Positions 10,612 to 21,582 of a stretch of DNA of 64,000 bases are shown in pieces. Position numbers and translations under genes: made by a program. Source of the DNA: Phyllobates terribilis (lineage: Eukaryota). The stretch lies in assembly GCF_046119375.1 (NCBI RefSeq), contig NW_027362764.1:809100001-809164000 (forward strand). The letters run 5' to 3'. The notes beneath the pieces were generated by a model. It saw nothing but the letters and a program-made list of their open reading frames with translations, was not told the origin of the DNA and ran no database searches. Each line of letters opens with the position of its first letter. Positions within the stretch are counted from its first letter, which is position 1.

Positions 10612-13600
10612 CGGTCAGTGAGCGCTGAGAGAAGGAGCGGTGTGTCTGACTGGAGCTGTCAGTGAGCGCTGAGAGGAGGAGCGGTGTCTGACGGGGGCTG
10701 TCAGTGAACGCTGAGAGGAGGAGCGGTGTGTCTGACGGTAGCTGTCAGTGAGTGCTGAGAGGAGGAGCGGTGTCTGACGGGAGCGGTCAGTGAACGCTGA
10801 GAGGAGGAGCGGTGTCTGACAGGAGCTGTCAGTGAGTGCTGAGAGGAGGAGCGGTGTGTCTGACGGTAGCTGTCAGTGAGCGCTGAGAGGAGGAGCGGTG
10901 TGTCTGACGGGAGCTGTCAGTGAGTGCTGAGAGGAGGAGCGGTGTCTGACGGGAGCTGTCAGTGAGTGCTGAGAGGAGGAGCGGTGTCTGACGGGAGCTG
11001 TCAGTGAGTGCTGAGAGGAGGAGCGGTGTCTGACGGGGGCTGTCAGTGAACGCTGAGAGGAGGAGCGGTGTGTCTGACGGGAGCTGTCAGTGAGCGCTGA
11101 GAGGAGGAGCGGTGTCTGACGGGGGCTGTCAGTGAACGCTGAGAGGAGGAGCGGTGTGTCTGACGGTAGCTGTCAGTGAGTGCTGAGAGGAGGAGCGGTG
11201 TCTGACGGGAGCGGTCAGTGAACGCTGAGAGGAGGAGCGGTGTCTGACAGGAGCTGTCAGTGAGTGCTGAGAGGAGGAGCGGTGTGTCTGACGGTAGCTG
11301 TCAGTGAGCGCTGAGAGGAGGAGCGGTGTGTCTGACGGGAGCTGTCAGTGAGTGCTGAGAGGAGGAGCGGTGTCTGACGGGAGCTGTCAGTGAGTGCTGA
11401 GAGGAGGAGCGGTGTCTGACGGGAGCTGTCAGTGAGTGCTGAGAGGAGGAGCGGTGTCTGACGGGAGCTGTCAGTGAGCGCTGAGAGGAGGAGCGCTGCG
11501 TCTGACGGGAGCTGTCTGTGAGCGCTGAGAGGAGGAGCGCTGCGTCTGACGGGAGCTGTCTGTGAGCGCTGAGAGGAGGAGCGCTGCGTCTGACGGGAGC
11601 TGTCTGTGAGCGCTGAGAGGAGGAGCGCTGCGTCTGACGGGAGCTGTCAGTGAACGCTGAGAGGAGGAGCGGTGTGTCTGACGGGAGCTGTCGGTGAGCT
11701 CTGAGAGGAGGAGCGGTGCGTCTGACGGGAGCTGTCAGTGAGCGCTGAGAGGAGGAGCGGTGTGTGTGACCGGAGCTGTCAGTGAGCGCTGAGAGGAGGA
11801 GCGGTGTGACAAGTGCGTCTGACGGGGGCTGTCAGTGAGCGCTGAGAGGAGGAGCGGTGCGTCTGACGGGAGCTGTCAGTGAGCGCTGAGAGGAGGAGCG
11901 GTGCGTCTGTCTGGAGCTGTCAGTGAGCGCTGAGTGTAGGAGCGGTGTGCGTGACGGGAGCTGTCAGTTAGCGCTGAGAGGAGGAGCGGTGTGTGACGGG
12001 AGCTGTCAGTTAGCGCTGAGAGGAGGAGCGGTGTGTGACGGGAGCTGTCAGTGAGCGCTGAGAGGAGGAGCGCTGCGTCTGACGGGAGCTGTCAGTGAAC
12101 GCTGAGAGGAGGAGCGGTGTGTCTGACGGGAGCTGTCGGTGAGCGCTGAGAGGAGGAGCGGTGCGTCTGACGGTAGCTGTCAGTGAGCGCTGAGAGGAGG
12201 AGCGGTTTGTCTGACGGGAGCTGTCAGTGAGCGCTGAGTGTAGGAGCGGTGTGTGACGGGAGCTGTCAGTTAGCGCTGAGAGGAGGAGCGGTTTGTCTGA
12301 CGGGAGCTGTCGGTGAGCGCTGAGAGGAGGAGCGGTGTCTGACAGGAGCTGTCAGTGAGTGCTGAGAGGAGGAGCGCTGCGTCTGACGGGAGCTGTCAGT
12401 GAGCGCTGAGTGTAGGAGCGGTGTGCGTGACGGGAGCTGTCAGTTAGCGCTGAGAGGAGGAGCGGTGTGTGACGGGAGCTGTCAGTTAGCGCTGAGAGGA
12501 GGAGCGGTGTGTGATGGGAGCTGTCAGTTAGCGCTGAGAGGAGGAGCGGTGTGTGACGGGAGCTGTCAGTTAGCGCTGAGAGGAGGAGCGGTGTGTGACG
12601 GGAGCTGTCTGTGAGCGCTGAGAGGAGGAGCGCTGCGTCTGACGGGGGCTGTCAGTGAACGCTGAGAGGAGGAGCGGTGTGTCTGACGGTAGCTGTCAGT
12701 GAGCGCTGAGAGGAGGAGCGGTGTGTCTGACGGTAGCTGTCAGTGAGCGCTGAGAGGAGGAGCGGTGTGCGTGACGGGAGCTGTCAGTTAGCGCTGAGAG
12801 GAGGAGCGGTGTGTGACGGGAGCTGTCAGCGCTGAGAGGAGGAGCGGTGTGTGACGGGAGCTGTCAGCGCTGAGAGGAGGAGCGGTGTGTGACGGGAGCT
12901 GTCAGTTAGCGCTGAGAGGAGGAGCGGTGTGTGACGGGAGCTGTCAGTTAGCGCTGAGAGGAGGAGCGGTGTGTGACGGGAGCTGTCAGTTAGCGCTGAG
13001 AGGAGGAGCGGTGTGTGACGGGAGCTGTCAGTTAGCGCTGAGAGGAGGAGCGGTGTGTGACGGGAGCTGTCAGTTAGCGCTGAGAGGAGGAGCGGTGTGT
13101 GACGGGAGCTGTCAGTTAGCGCTGAGAGGAGGAGCGGTGTGTGACGGGAGCTGTCAGCGCTGAGAGGAGGAGCGATGTGTGACGGGAGCTGTCAGTGAAC
13201 GCTGAGAGGAGGAGCGGTGCGTCTGACGGTAGCTGTCAGTGAACGCTGAGAGGAGGAGCGGTTTGTCTGACGGGAGCTGTCAGTGAGCGCTGAGTGTAGG
13301 AGCGGTGTGCGTGACGGGAGCTGTCAGTGAGCGCTGAGTGTAGGAGCGGTGTGTGACGGGAGCTGTCAGTTAGCGCTGAGAGGAGGAGCGGTGTGTGACG
13401 GGAGCTGTCAGTTAGCGCTGAGAGGAGGAGCGGTGTGTGACGGGAGCTGTCAGTTAGCGCTGAGAGGAGGAGCGGTGTGTGACGGGAGCTGTCAGTTAGC
13501 GCTGAGAGGAGGAGCGGTGTGTGACGGGAGCTGTCAGTGAGCGCTGAGAGGAGGAGCGCTGCGTCTGACGGGAGCTGTCAGTGAGCGCTGAGAGGAGGAG

Positions 13601-15045
13601 CGGTGTGTCTGACGGGAGCTGTCAGTGAGCGCTGAGAGGAGGAGCGGTGTGTGACGGGAGCTGTCAGTGAGCGCTGAGAGGAGGAGCGGTGTGTGACGGG
13701 AGCTGTCTGTGAGCGCTGAGAGGAGGAGCGCTGCGTCTGACGGTAGCTGTCAGTGAGCGCTGAGAGGAGGAGCGGTGTGTGACGGGAGCTGTCTGTGAGC
13801 GCTGAGAGGAGGAGCGCTGCGTCTGACGGGAGCTGTCAGTGAGCGCTGAGTGTAGGAGCGGTGTGCGTGACGGGAGCTGTCAGTTAGCGCTGAGAGGAGG
13901 AGCGGTGTGTGACGGGAGCTGTCAGTTAGCGCTGAGAGGAGGAGCGGTGTGTGATGGGAGCTGTCAGTTAGCGCTGAGAGGAGGAGCGGTGTGTGACGGG
14001 AGCTGTCAGTTAGCGCTGAGAGGAGGAGCGGTGTGTGACGGGAGCTGTCTGTGAGCGCTGAGAGGAGGAGCGCTGCGTCTGACGGGGGCTGTCAGTGAAC
14101 GCTGAGAGGAGGAGCGGTGTGTCTGACGGGAGCTGTCAGTGAGCGCTGAGAGGAGGAGCGGTGCGTCTGACGGTAGCTGTCAGTGAGCGCTGAGAGGAGG
14201 AGCGGTTTGTCTGACGGGAGCTGTCAGTGAGCGCTGAGAGGAGGAGCGGTGTGTGTGACCGGAGCTGTCAGTGAGCGCTGAGAGGAGGAGCGGTGTGACA
14301 AGTGCGTCTGACGGGGGCTGTCAGTGAGCGCTGAGAGGAGGAGCGGTGGGTCTGACGGGAGCTGTCAGTGAGCGCTGAGAGGAGGAGCGGTGGGTCTGAC
14401 GGGAGCTGTCAGTGAGCGCTGAGAGGAGGAGCGGTGTGACAAGTGCATCTGACGGGGGCTGTCAGCGCTGAGAGGAGGAGTGGTGCGTCTGACGAGAGCT
14501 GTCAGTGAGCGCTGAGAGGAGGAGCGGTGCGTCTGTCTGGAGCTGTCAGTGAGCGCTGAGTGTAGGAGCGGTGTGCGTGACGGGAGCTGTCAGTTAGCGC
14601 TGAGAGGAGGAGCGGTGTGTGACGGGAGCTGTCAGTGAACGCTGAGAGGAGGAGCGGTGCGTCTGACGGTAGCTGTCAGTGAGCGCTGAGAGGAGGAGCG
14701 GTTTGTCTGACGGGAGCTGTCAGTGAGCGCTGAGTGTAGGAGCGGTGTGCGTGACGGGAGCTGTCAGTTAGCGCTGAGAGGAGGAGCGGTGTGTGACGGG
14801 AGCTGTCAGTGAGCGCTGAGAGGAGGAGAGGTGTGTCTTGACGGGAGCTGTCAGTGAGCGCTGAGAGGAGGAGCGGTGCGTCTGACGGGAGCTGTCAGTG
14901 AGCGCTGAGAGGAGGAGAGGTGTGTCTTGACGGGAGCTGTCAGTGAGCGCTGAGAGGAGGAGCGGTGTGTCTTGACGGGAGCTGTCAGTGAGCGCTGAGA
15001 GGAGGAGCGGTGCGTCTGACGGGAGCTGTCAGTGAGCGCTGAGAT
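10612..15045. repeat. 42-44-bp minisatellite GTCAGTGAGCGCTGAGAGGAGGAGCGGTGTGTCTGACGGGAGCT
   Basis: About 100 copies, G-rich on + strand, intron 2; includes a larger internal duplication (ORFs at 12399 and 13839 are identical). Confidence 0.97.
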
Positions 15046-15139
15046 CTGTTGGGGCCTCTGGTCCCTTTGGGCCTGTTGGGGCCTCTGGTCTGGTTTTTAC
15101 AGCGTTGCTCTTGCGTATCTGTGCCCTGGGCCTTATGGG

Positions 15140-17395
15140 CCTGATACGTATTAATACGCCCTGGCGATTTCGCACACAGGCTGTGCGGGCGCGATCGCCG
15201 CCCGCTGATTGTCACAGCTGACACCCGGTGCTACGTGCAGGGAGCTGTCCCGCACCGCTCCCGGCACATTAACTACCGCAATGCTGCGATCGAAGTCGAT
15301 CGCAGCATTCCGGTGGCAAGAGGAGGTAAGCGCGATACTTACCTTCTCTGCCGGCGTCCAGCGGGGTCTGAGTCCGGTCCCGAATGTTGCCATGGTGACC
15401 CGACGTCATCATGACAACATCCGGGACACCAGGAGGCAGGAAGTTGCTTTGGTCACGCGCAGTACAGGCTGCATGGCATAGGGAGCTGCTGCATCTCTAT
15501 GCTATACAGCCGAAATATATGGTACCCATAAATAAATAATCTTTTGAAAAAAAAAAATAAACCAATAAAAGTACACATATTTGGCATTGCCGCGTCCGGA
15601 ACAACCTGACCTATAAAACGGTCCTGCTAGTTAACCCCTTTAGTGAACACGGTAAAAAAATTAAATATAAAAATGATAACTATATAGCGACTAATGTTGA
15701 GCGCAAGTGCTCGCTATTTGAGTTTTGCTCGGGTATGAACCGAGTATCGCGGGTGCTGGAGTGACATGCTCGAGTCCCTGCCCCGCATGGTTTGCGGCTG
15801 TTATACTGCCAAAAAAACCTCGCGGGGTTTGCCTGCCATGCACGAGCGATCCCACATGTTTTTTGGGTGTCTAATAACCGTGAAACATCCGGGGCAGGGA
15901 CTTGAGCATGTCACTCCAGCACCCGCGATACATGGTGCATACCCGAGTACCCGATGCAAACTCAAGTAGCGAGCACTTGTGCTCAAGACTAATGACAACT
16001 TATTCAATATGATGACCTAATGTTATCAAATTCTGTGTCGTACCTCTGGGTTCAATATGTTCACTATACCCCTTGATAAAATCCTTGAGGGGTCTAGTTT
16101 CCAAAATGGTGTCACTTGTGGGGGGTTTCCACTGTTTAGGCACATCAGGGGCTCCCCAAACGCAACATGGCGTCATTAATTAGGCCAGAAAATTTTACCT
16201 TCAAAAAGTCAAATGGCACTCCTTTCCTTCCGAGTGCTGCCATGCGCCCAAACAGTGGTTTTCCCCCACATATGGGGTATCGGCATGCTGAGGAGGAATT
16301 GCACAACAAACTCTATGGTGCAATTTCTCCTGTTACTCTTATGAAAATGCAAAATTGGGGGCTGAAAAACATTTTTGTTGAAAAAATGTGAAAATTTTAT
16401 TTTTACGGCTCAATGTTATAAACTTCTGTGAAGCACCTGGGAGTTCAGGGTGCTCACCACATATCTAGATAAGTTCCCTGAGGGGTCTAGTTTCTAAAAT
16501 GGGGTCACTTGTGGGGGGTTCCCACTGTTTAGGCACATCAGGGGCTCTCCAAACACAACATGGCGTCCGCTAATTATTCAAGCAAATTTTACATTCAAAA
16601 AGTCAAATGCACTCCTTCCCTTCTGAGCCCTGCTGTGCGCCCAAACAGTGGTTTTCACCCACATATGGGGTATCTGCGTGCTCAGGGGAAGTTGCACAAC
16701 AAATTTTGAGGTCCATTTTTTTCCTGTTACCCCTGCGAAAATAAAACAATTGGGGTCTAAAGTAACATTTTTGTGAAAAAAGTTTAAATGTTCATTTTTT
16801 CCTTCCACATTCTATTAATTCCTGTGAAGCACCTGAAGGGTTAATAAACTTCTTGAATGTGGTTTTGAGCCCCTTGAGGGGTGCAGTTTTTAGAATGGTG
16901 TCACTTTTGGGTATTTTCTGTCATAAAGGCCCCTCAAAGTGACTTCAAATGTGACGTGGTCCCTAAAAAAAATGGTTTTCTAAATTTTGTTGGAAAAATG
17001 AGAAATCGCTGGGGAACTTTTAACCCTTATAGCTCCCCCAATAAAAAAAAAAAAATTGGTTCCAAAATGGTTCTGATGTAAAGTAGAGATGTGGGAAATG
17101 TTATTTATTAACTATTTTGTGTGACAGATCTCTCTGATTTGAGGGCATGAAAATTAAAAGTTTGAAAATTGCAAAATTTTCACCAAATTTCCGATCTTTT
17201 CACAAATAAACGCAAGTGATATCAAAGAAATGTTACCACAATCATGGAGTACAATGTGTCACGAAAAAACAATCTCAGAATCAGCGGGATCTGGTGAAGC
17301 TCCAGAGTAATTAACTCATAAAGGGACAGTGGTCAGAATTGTAAAAATTGTCCCGGTCATTAACGTGCAGACCTCCCTCGGGGGTAAAGGGGGTA
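15140..17395. mobile_element. Non-autonomous piggyBac-like (TTAA-CCCC ended) DNA element remnant with internal ~380-bp repeats
   Basis: Repeated GAGGGGTCTAGTTTCCAAAATGG..GTCACTTGTGGGGGG blocks at ~16090, ~16480, ~16880; degenerate GGGGTAAAGGGGGTAA terminus ~17395; family assignment is from recall of frog repeats. Confidence 0.5.
15692..15991. mobile_element. 300-bp palindromic MITE (hAT-like TAG..TTGAGC termini)
   Basis: TAATGTTGAGCGCAAGTGCTCGCTA... and ...TAGCGAGCACTTGTGCTCAAGACTA are inverted; arms stay complementary for over 100 bp. Confidence 0.7.
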
Positions 17396-17439
17396 AAAGT
17401 TCTGTTGCCCTTTTTTGCTTCTCTCAGTTGTAAATTCAC

Positions 17440-17960
17440 AGTGGTTCTCACATTGCCCCAATTCCTTGCTTTTCTTGTTAAAAAACGAGCGTTCAGTCTT
17501 CTGTCCCACCGCCTCCAGCCTCCCCTGTGTTCTGTCCTTCCTCCTAGGACTCAATAGGATGAGATTTTGGCATTTAACGACCATAGTAAATGCTGCTCAG
17601 AAATGCCCCAGAACATGATACTATATAAAATCCTCACCAAAGAGTTCACAGAAAAGTCCTTCCGGCTCTCCGCCCCTTCCGGCTCTCCGCCCCACTCACA
17701 ACATTTCTATTGAGGAGTCTCTTATAAAATTCAAAGGAAAACGGCACCGCAAGCAATTTATTCCATCCAAAAGGGCAAAGTCTGGAATAAAGCTATAAAA
17801 TGTCCGAGAGTTTGACAGGATCCACATTAACAGAAAGACGGCAACTAACCCCCCTCCCCAGCAGGCCAGCTAAAGGAGGCCAACTAAAGGAGGCCCTACT
17901 TATCTGGGGACGTTTGCAAGCACCTCTTGGGAGTGAAGACCAGTATTCCAAAAATGCTAT
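17440..17960 (+). pseudogene. piggyBac (PGBD4-like) transposase relic
   Basis: 17703-17798 translates ISIEESLIKFKGKRHRKQFIPSKRAKSGIKL*, matching the piggyBac DES..FKGR...QYIPSKR..YGIK block; upstream WHFND-like remnant; disrupted. Confidence 0.65.
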
Positions 17961-18293
17961 AAGCTTGCTGTAGACAATTACAGACCCCTCAATTACAGCG
18001 CCGCCATCAGCAGGATTGTGCTCAGTAAACCACATACTCTGTCAGGTGGGCGACATTACACTGATTAAAACGATACCATGGTTGATGAAACCCGTCCTGT
18101 GGTTTCAGTTTGGAGATAATGATATGCCCGTGCTCCGGGGCGGCCTATGGGGGGTGCTCTATCTGGTGCTCTGCTTACATATTCATCTGTCTGCTGTTAT
18201 GACAGCTCACTGATTGGTCACTGACCTACCTCCTATTTTACGTAATGGATCTACTAGTGCGGTGCTAGGTAAAATAGGAGGCAGATCAGTGAA

Positions 18294-19549
18294 CTAGTGC
18301 ACGCCCTAATCATCTCCCGCCTCAACTACTGCAACCTCCTGCTCTGTGGCCTCCCCTCTAACACTCTCGCACCCCTCCCATCCATCCTAAACTCTGCTGC
18401 CCGACTAATCCACCTGTCCCCCTGCTATTCCCCGGCCTCTCCTCTCTGTCAATCCCTTCAGTGGCTCCCCATTGTCCAGAGACTCCAGTTCAAAACCCTA
18501 ACCATGGCATACAAAGCCATCCACAACCTGTCTCCTCCATATATCTGTGACCTAGTCTCCCGGTACATACCTGCACGCAGCCTCCGATCCTCACAAGATC
18601 TCCTTCTCTACTCCCCTCTTATCTCCTCTTCCCACAATCGCATACAAGATTTCTCCCGTGCATCCCCCCTACTCTGGAACTCTCTACCCCAACACATCAG
18701 ACTCTCACCTACCGTGGAAACATTCAAAAGGAGCCTGAAAACCCACCTCTTCCGACAAGCCTACAACCTGCAGTAACCCTCTCTCCACCATACCGCTGCA
18801 CGACCAGCTCTACCCTCACCTACTGTATCCTCACCCATCCCTTGTAGAGTGTGAGCCCTCGCGGGCAGGGTCCTCACTCCACCATACCGCTGTACGACCA
18901 GCTCTACCCTCACCTACTGTATCCTCACCCATCCCTTGTAGACTGTGAGCCCTCGCGGGCAGAGTCCTCGCCCCACCATACCGCTGTACAACCAGCTCTA
19001 CCCTCACCTACTGTATCCTCACCCATCCCCTGTAGACTGTGAGCCCTCGCGGGCAGGGTCCTCGCTCCACCATACCGCTGCACGACCAGCTCTACCCTCA
19101 CCTACTGTATCCTCACCCATCCCTTGTAGACTGTGAGCCCTCTCGGGCAGGGTCCTCTCTCCACCATACCGCTGCACGACCAGCTCTACCCTCACCTACT
19201 GTATCCTCACCCATCCCTTGTAGACTGTGAGCCCTCGCGGGCAGGGTCCTCGCTCCATCATACCGCTGCACGACCAGCTCTACCCTCACCTACTGTATCC
19301 TCACCCATCCCTTGTAGACTGTGAGCCCTCGCGGGTAGGGTCCTTGCTCCACCATACCGCTGCACGACCAGCTCTACCCTCACCTACTGTATCCTCACCC
19401 ATCCCTTGTAGAGTGTGAGCCCTCGCGGGCAGGGTCCTCCCTCCTGTACCAGTCGCCGTCACGTTTTGTTAAAGATCATTGTAATTGTTTTTGTATGTAT
19501 AGCCCTTTTTTACATGTAAAGCGTCATGGAATAAAAGGTGCTATAAATA
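18294..19549 (+). mobile_element. 5'-truncated L2 LINE 3' end (ORF2 C-terminus plus 3'UTR)
   Basis: HALIISRLNYCNLLL.GLP...LQWLPI.QR.QFK...FSRASP.LWNSLP..IR....FKRSLKTHLF* then 3'UTR with TAGACTGTGAGCCCTCGCGGGCAGGG and tail TGTAAAGCGTCATGGAATAAAAGGTGCTATAAATA. Confidence 0.92.
18787..19440. repeat. 94-bp tandem repeat (about 7 copies) derived from the L2 3'UTR
   Basis: Period 94 (ORF starts 18851, 18945, 19039, 19133, 19227). Confidence 0.95.
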
Positions 19550-20089
19550 TAGCACCCGCCCCCTCACAGGCCACCCCGGAGCACGGGCATATCATTATTT
19601 CCACACTGAAAATAAAGATTAAACAAGAACCCCAGGACGGATTTCATCACTAGGTACTGTATCATTTTAATCAGTGTAATGTCACCCACCTGACAGTGTA
19701 TGTAGATTACGGAGCACAATCCTGCTGACAGCTGCGCTTTAAACACTGGTTAATGCCACATAGGGGCTTGTGGGCCGCCATTATTACCCATCAGGATCAG
19801 GCGGAACGCCCGCTGTTGTTGACCATCAGGGTGAGGCGGGACGTATCTGCTCCCTTGGCCTATTGGACCAGATGCGCTACGTGCACAATCTACCTAACTT
19901 GTGTGTGCAGGGCTCCAAATTCTTTTTCCTTCAGCAAAATGGTGTCAGCTATTTTGAGGCATGCAAATTTCAATTTGTCACAGAAATTACAAAGTCACTA
20001 TTTAAAATAGTATTTAAAATAGTAGGCAAGTGACTGAAAGCACAGTGACCTGTCAAAGGCCAGAGATAGGAATACATAATGAGTGCACC

Positions 20090-20268
20090 AGTTACAGCCC
20101 CTCCCCAAAGGCCGCCCCGAATCTCATTATGTCAGAAATGAAAATAAAGATTATAAAAGAACCACTAGACTGATTTCATCAACAAAAGTATCATTTTACT
20201 CAGTATAACGGTGCCCACCTGACAGTGTATGTGGTTTGCTAAGCACAATCCTGCTGACAGGTGCACTT
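20090..20268. mobile_element. Second half-copy (one TIR) of the Kolobok/T2-type MITE
   Basis: CCCACCTGACAGTGTATGTGGTTTGCTAAGCACAATCCTGCTGACAGGTGCACT|TTTAA, homologous to 19555-19742. Confidence 0.65.
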
Positions 20269-20999
20269 TTTAAATAGTTCTTCTTTCAAGTACACATCCA
20301 CAGGGCAAGGGTTAGGGATGATATTAATCAACAGGGCTCAGGTCTCATTGTTTGAGCATTTAATCAATTTCTATAGTTGGTATAGCAGGGGGTCTTATAA
20401 ATAAATAAACATCTAGCTGGCCTTAGTACAATATGCAATTAGCATAGTAACAAACATCATTGTTTCAGAACCAAGAGAAGACAACATTCAGGGTTATACA
20501 AATACTGGTCTGTCCTTCTTGACCCACCAAAGAAACACACACTAGTTCTAAAGTCAACACCAACACAATAGTGCATGTCTCTTGGCTTAACAAATCTAAA
20601 CGTCTGGCTGATTAAGATAAGAAGCTGTTTCGTCGCAAGGTCGCTGAACAGTTCCCGGGTGGACATCTCCAGAGACACAAGCTGGGCACAATATATTAGA
20701 CACAACGGAAGTTTGCAATTTTTGCTCTAAAACTTCTGCTGCTGGTTGTTTCTGGGAATCATCCTTGGAGTGAAAATGGTCACTGCCCACAGATGAAATC
20801 CCAGGGGGGATTCTGCTCTAAAGGGAGTTAGGGGCTTTGTATATGGAGTCCGCAACCTATTCTAGGAAAGTCTGTGCTCCAATAGTGAAATACTGCTCCG
20901 TCCCTCCTCAGTCCTGCGGTTCCTTATCAGCGTACTGAGGAGAAATTACACAATTGGAGTCCATTTTCTGTTTTTACCCTGGTGAAAATTTGAGTCTAA

Positions 21000-21580
21000 A
21001 TCAATTTTTTTTGTGAAACCACCCCCCCCCCCATAATATTTCAATTTAATTTCCCAATATTATAAAATTGTGAGGCACCTGTGGTATAAAGATGGTCATC
21101 ATAGCAGCAGATGGATTCCTCCACTGTTCAGGCACATCTCATGTCTCCAAATGCGACACGGCGTCTGCTAATGATTCCAGACAATTTTGCGTTCCCTTCT
21201 GAGCTCTTCTGTGCGCCCAAACAGTAGTTTTCCCCCACATATGAACTAACAGTGTACTCAGGAGAAATTGGACAACAAATAGTATTGCACACTTTCTCCT
21301 GTTACCCTTGTGAATGAAAATTTGAGGCTGAAGGAACATTTTTGTGGGAAGAAGTAAAATTTTGTAATTTGTTTTTCCTTCCACATTGCTTCAGTTCTTG
21401 TGAAGAACCTGAAGGGTTAATAAACTTATTAAATGTGGTTTTGAGAACTTTGAGGGGTGTAGTTCTTAGAATGGTGTCACTTTGGGGTATTTTCTTTCAT
21501 AAAGGCCCCTCAAAGTCACTTCAAATATGATGTGGTCTCTAAAAAATGGTTTTGTAAATTGAGAAACTGCTGATAAATTT
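21000..21580. mobile_element. Further fragment of the piggyBac-like non-autonomous element
   Basis: Homologous to ~16400-17000 (CCTGAAGGGTTAATAAACTT...GAATGGTGTCACTTTTGGGT...AAGGCCCCTCAAAGT). Confidence 0.55.
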
Positions 21581-21582
21581 TT

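Larger units (their letters stand above)
17997..19738. mobile_element. Kolobok/T2-type MITE with long TIRs, carrying an L2 insertion
   Basis: ~170-bp inverted repeats (TCAGCAGGATTGTGCTC... at 18007; ...GAGCACAATCCTGCTGACAGCTGCGCT at 19738), flanked by TTAC (17993-17996) and TTAA (19739-19742). Confidence 0.7.

Noticed and set aside
18297-18776. 159-aa ORF as a host gene
   Set aside because: It is the C-terminus of L2 ORF2.
20270-21000. Short ORFs and possible TE remnant
   Set aside because: No motif I could recognise; left unannotated.
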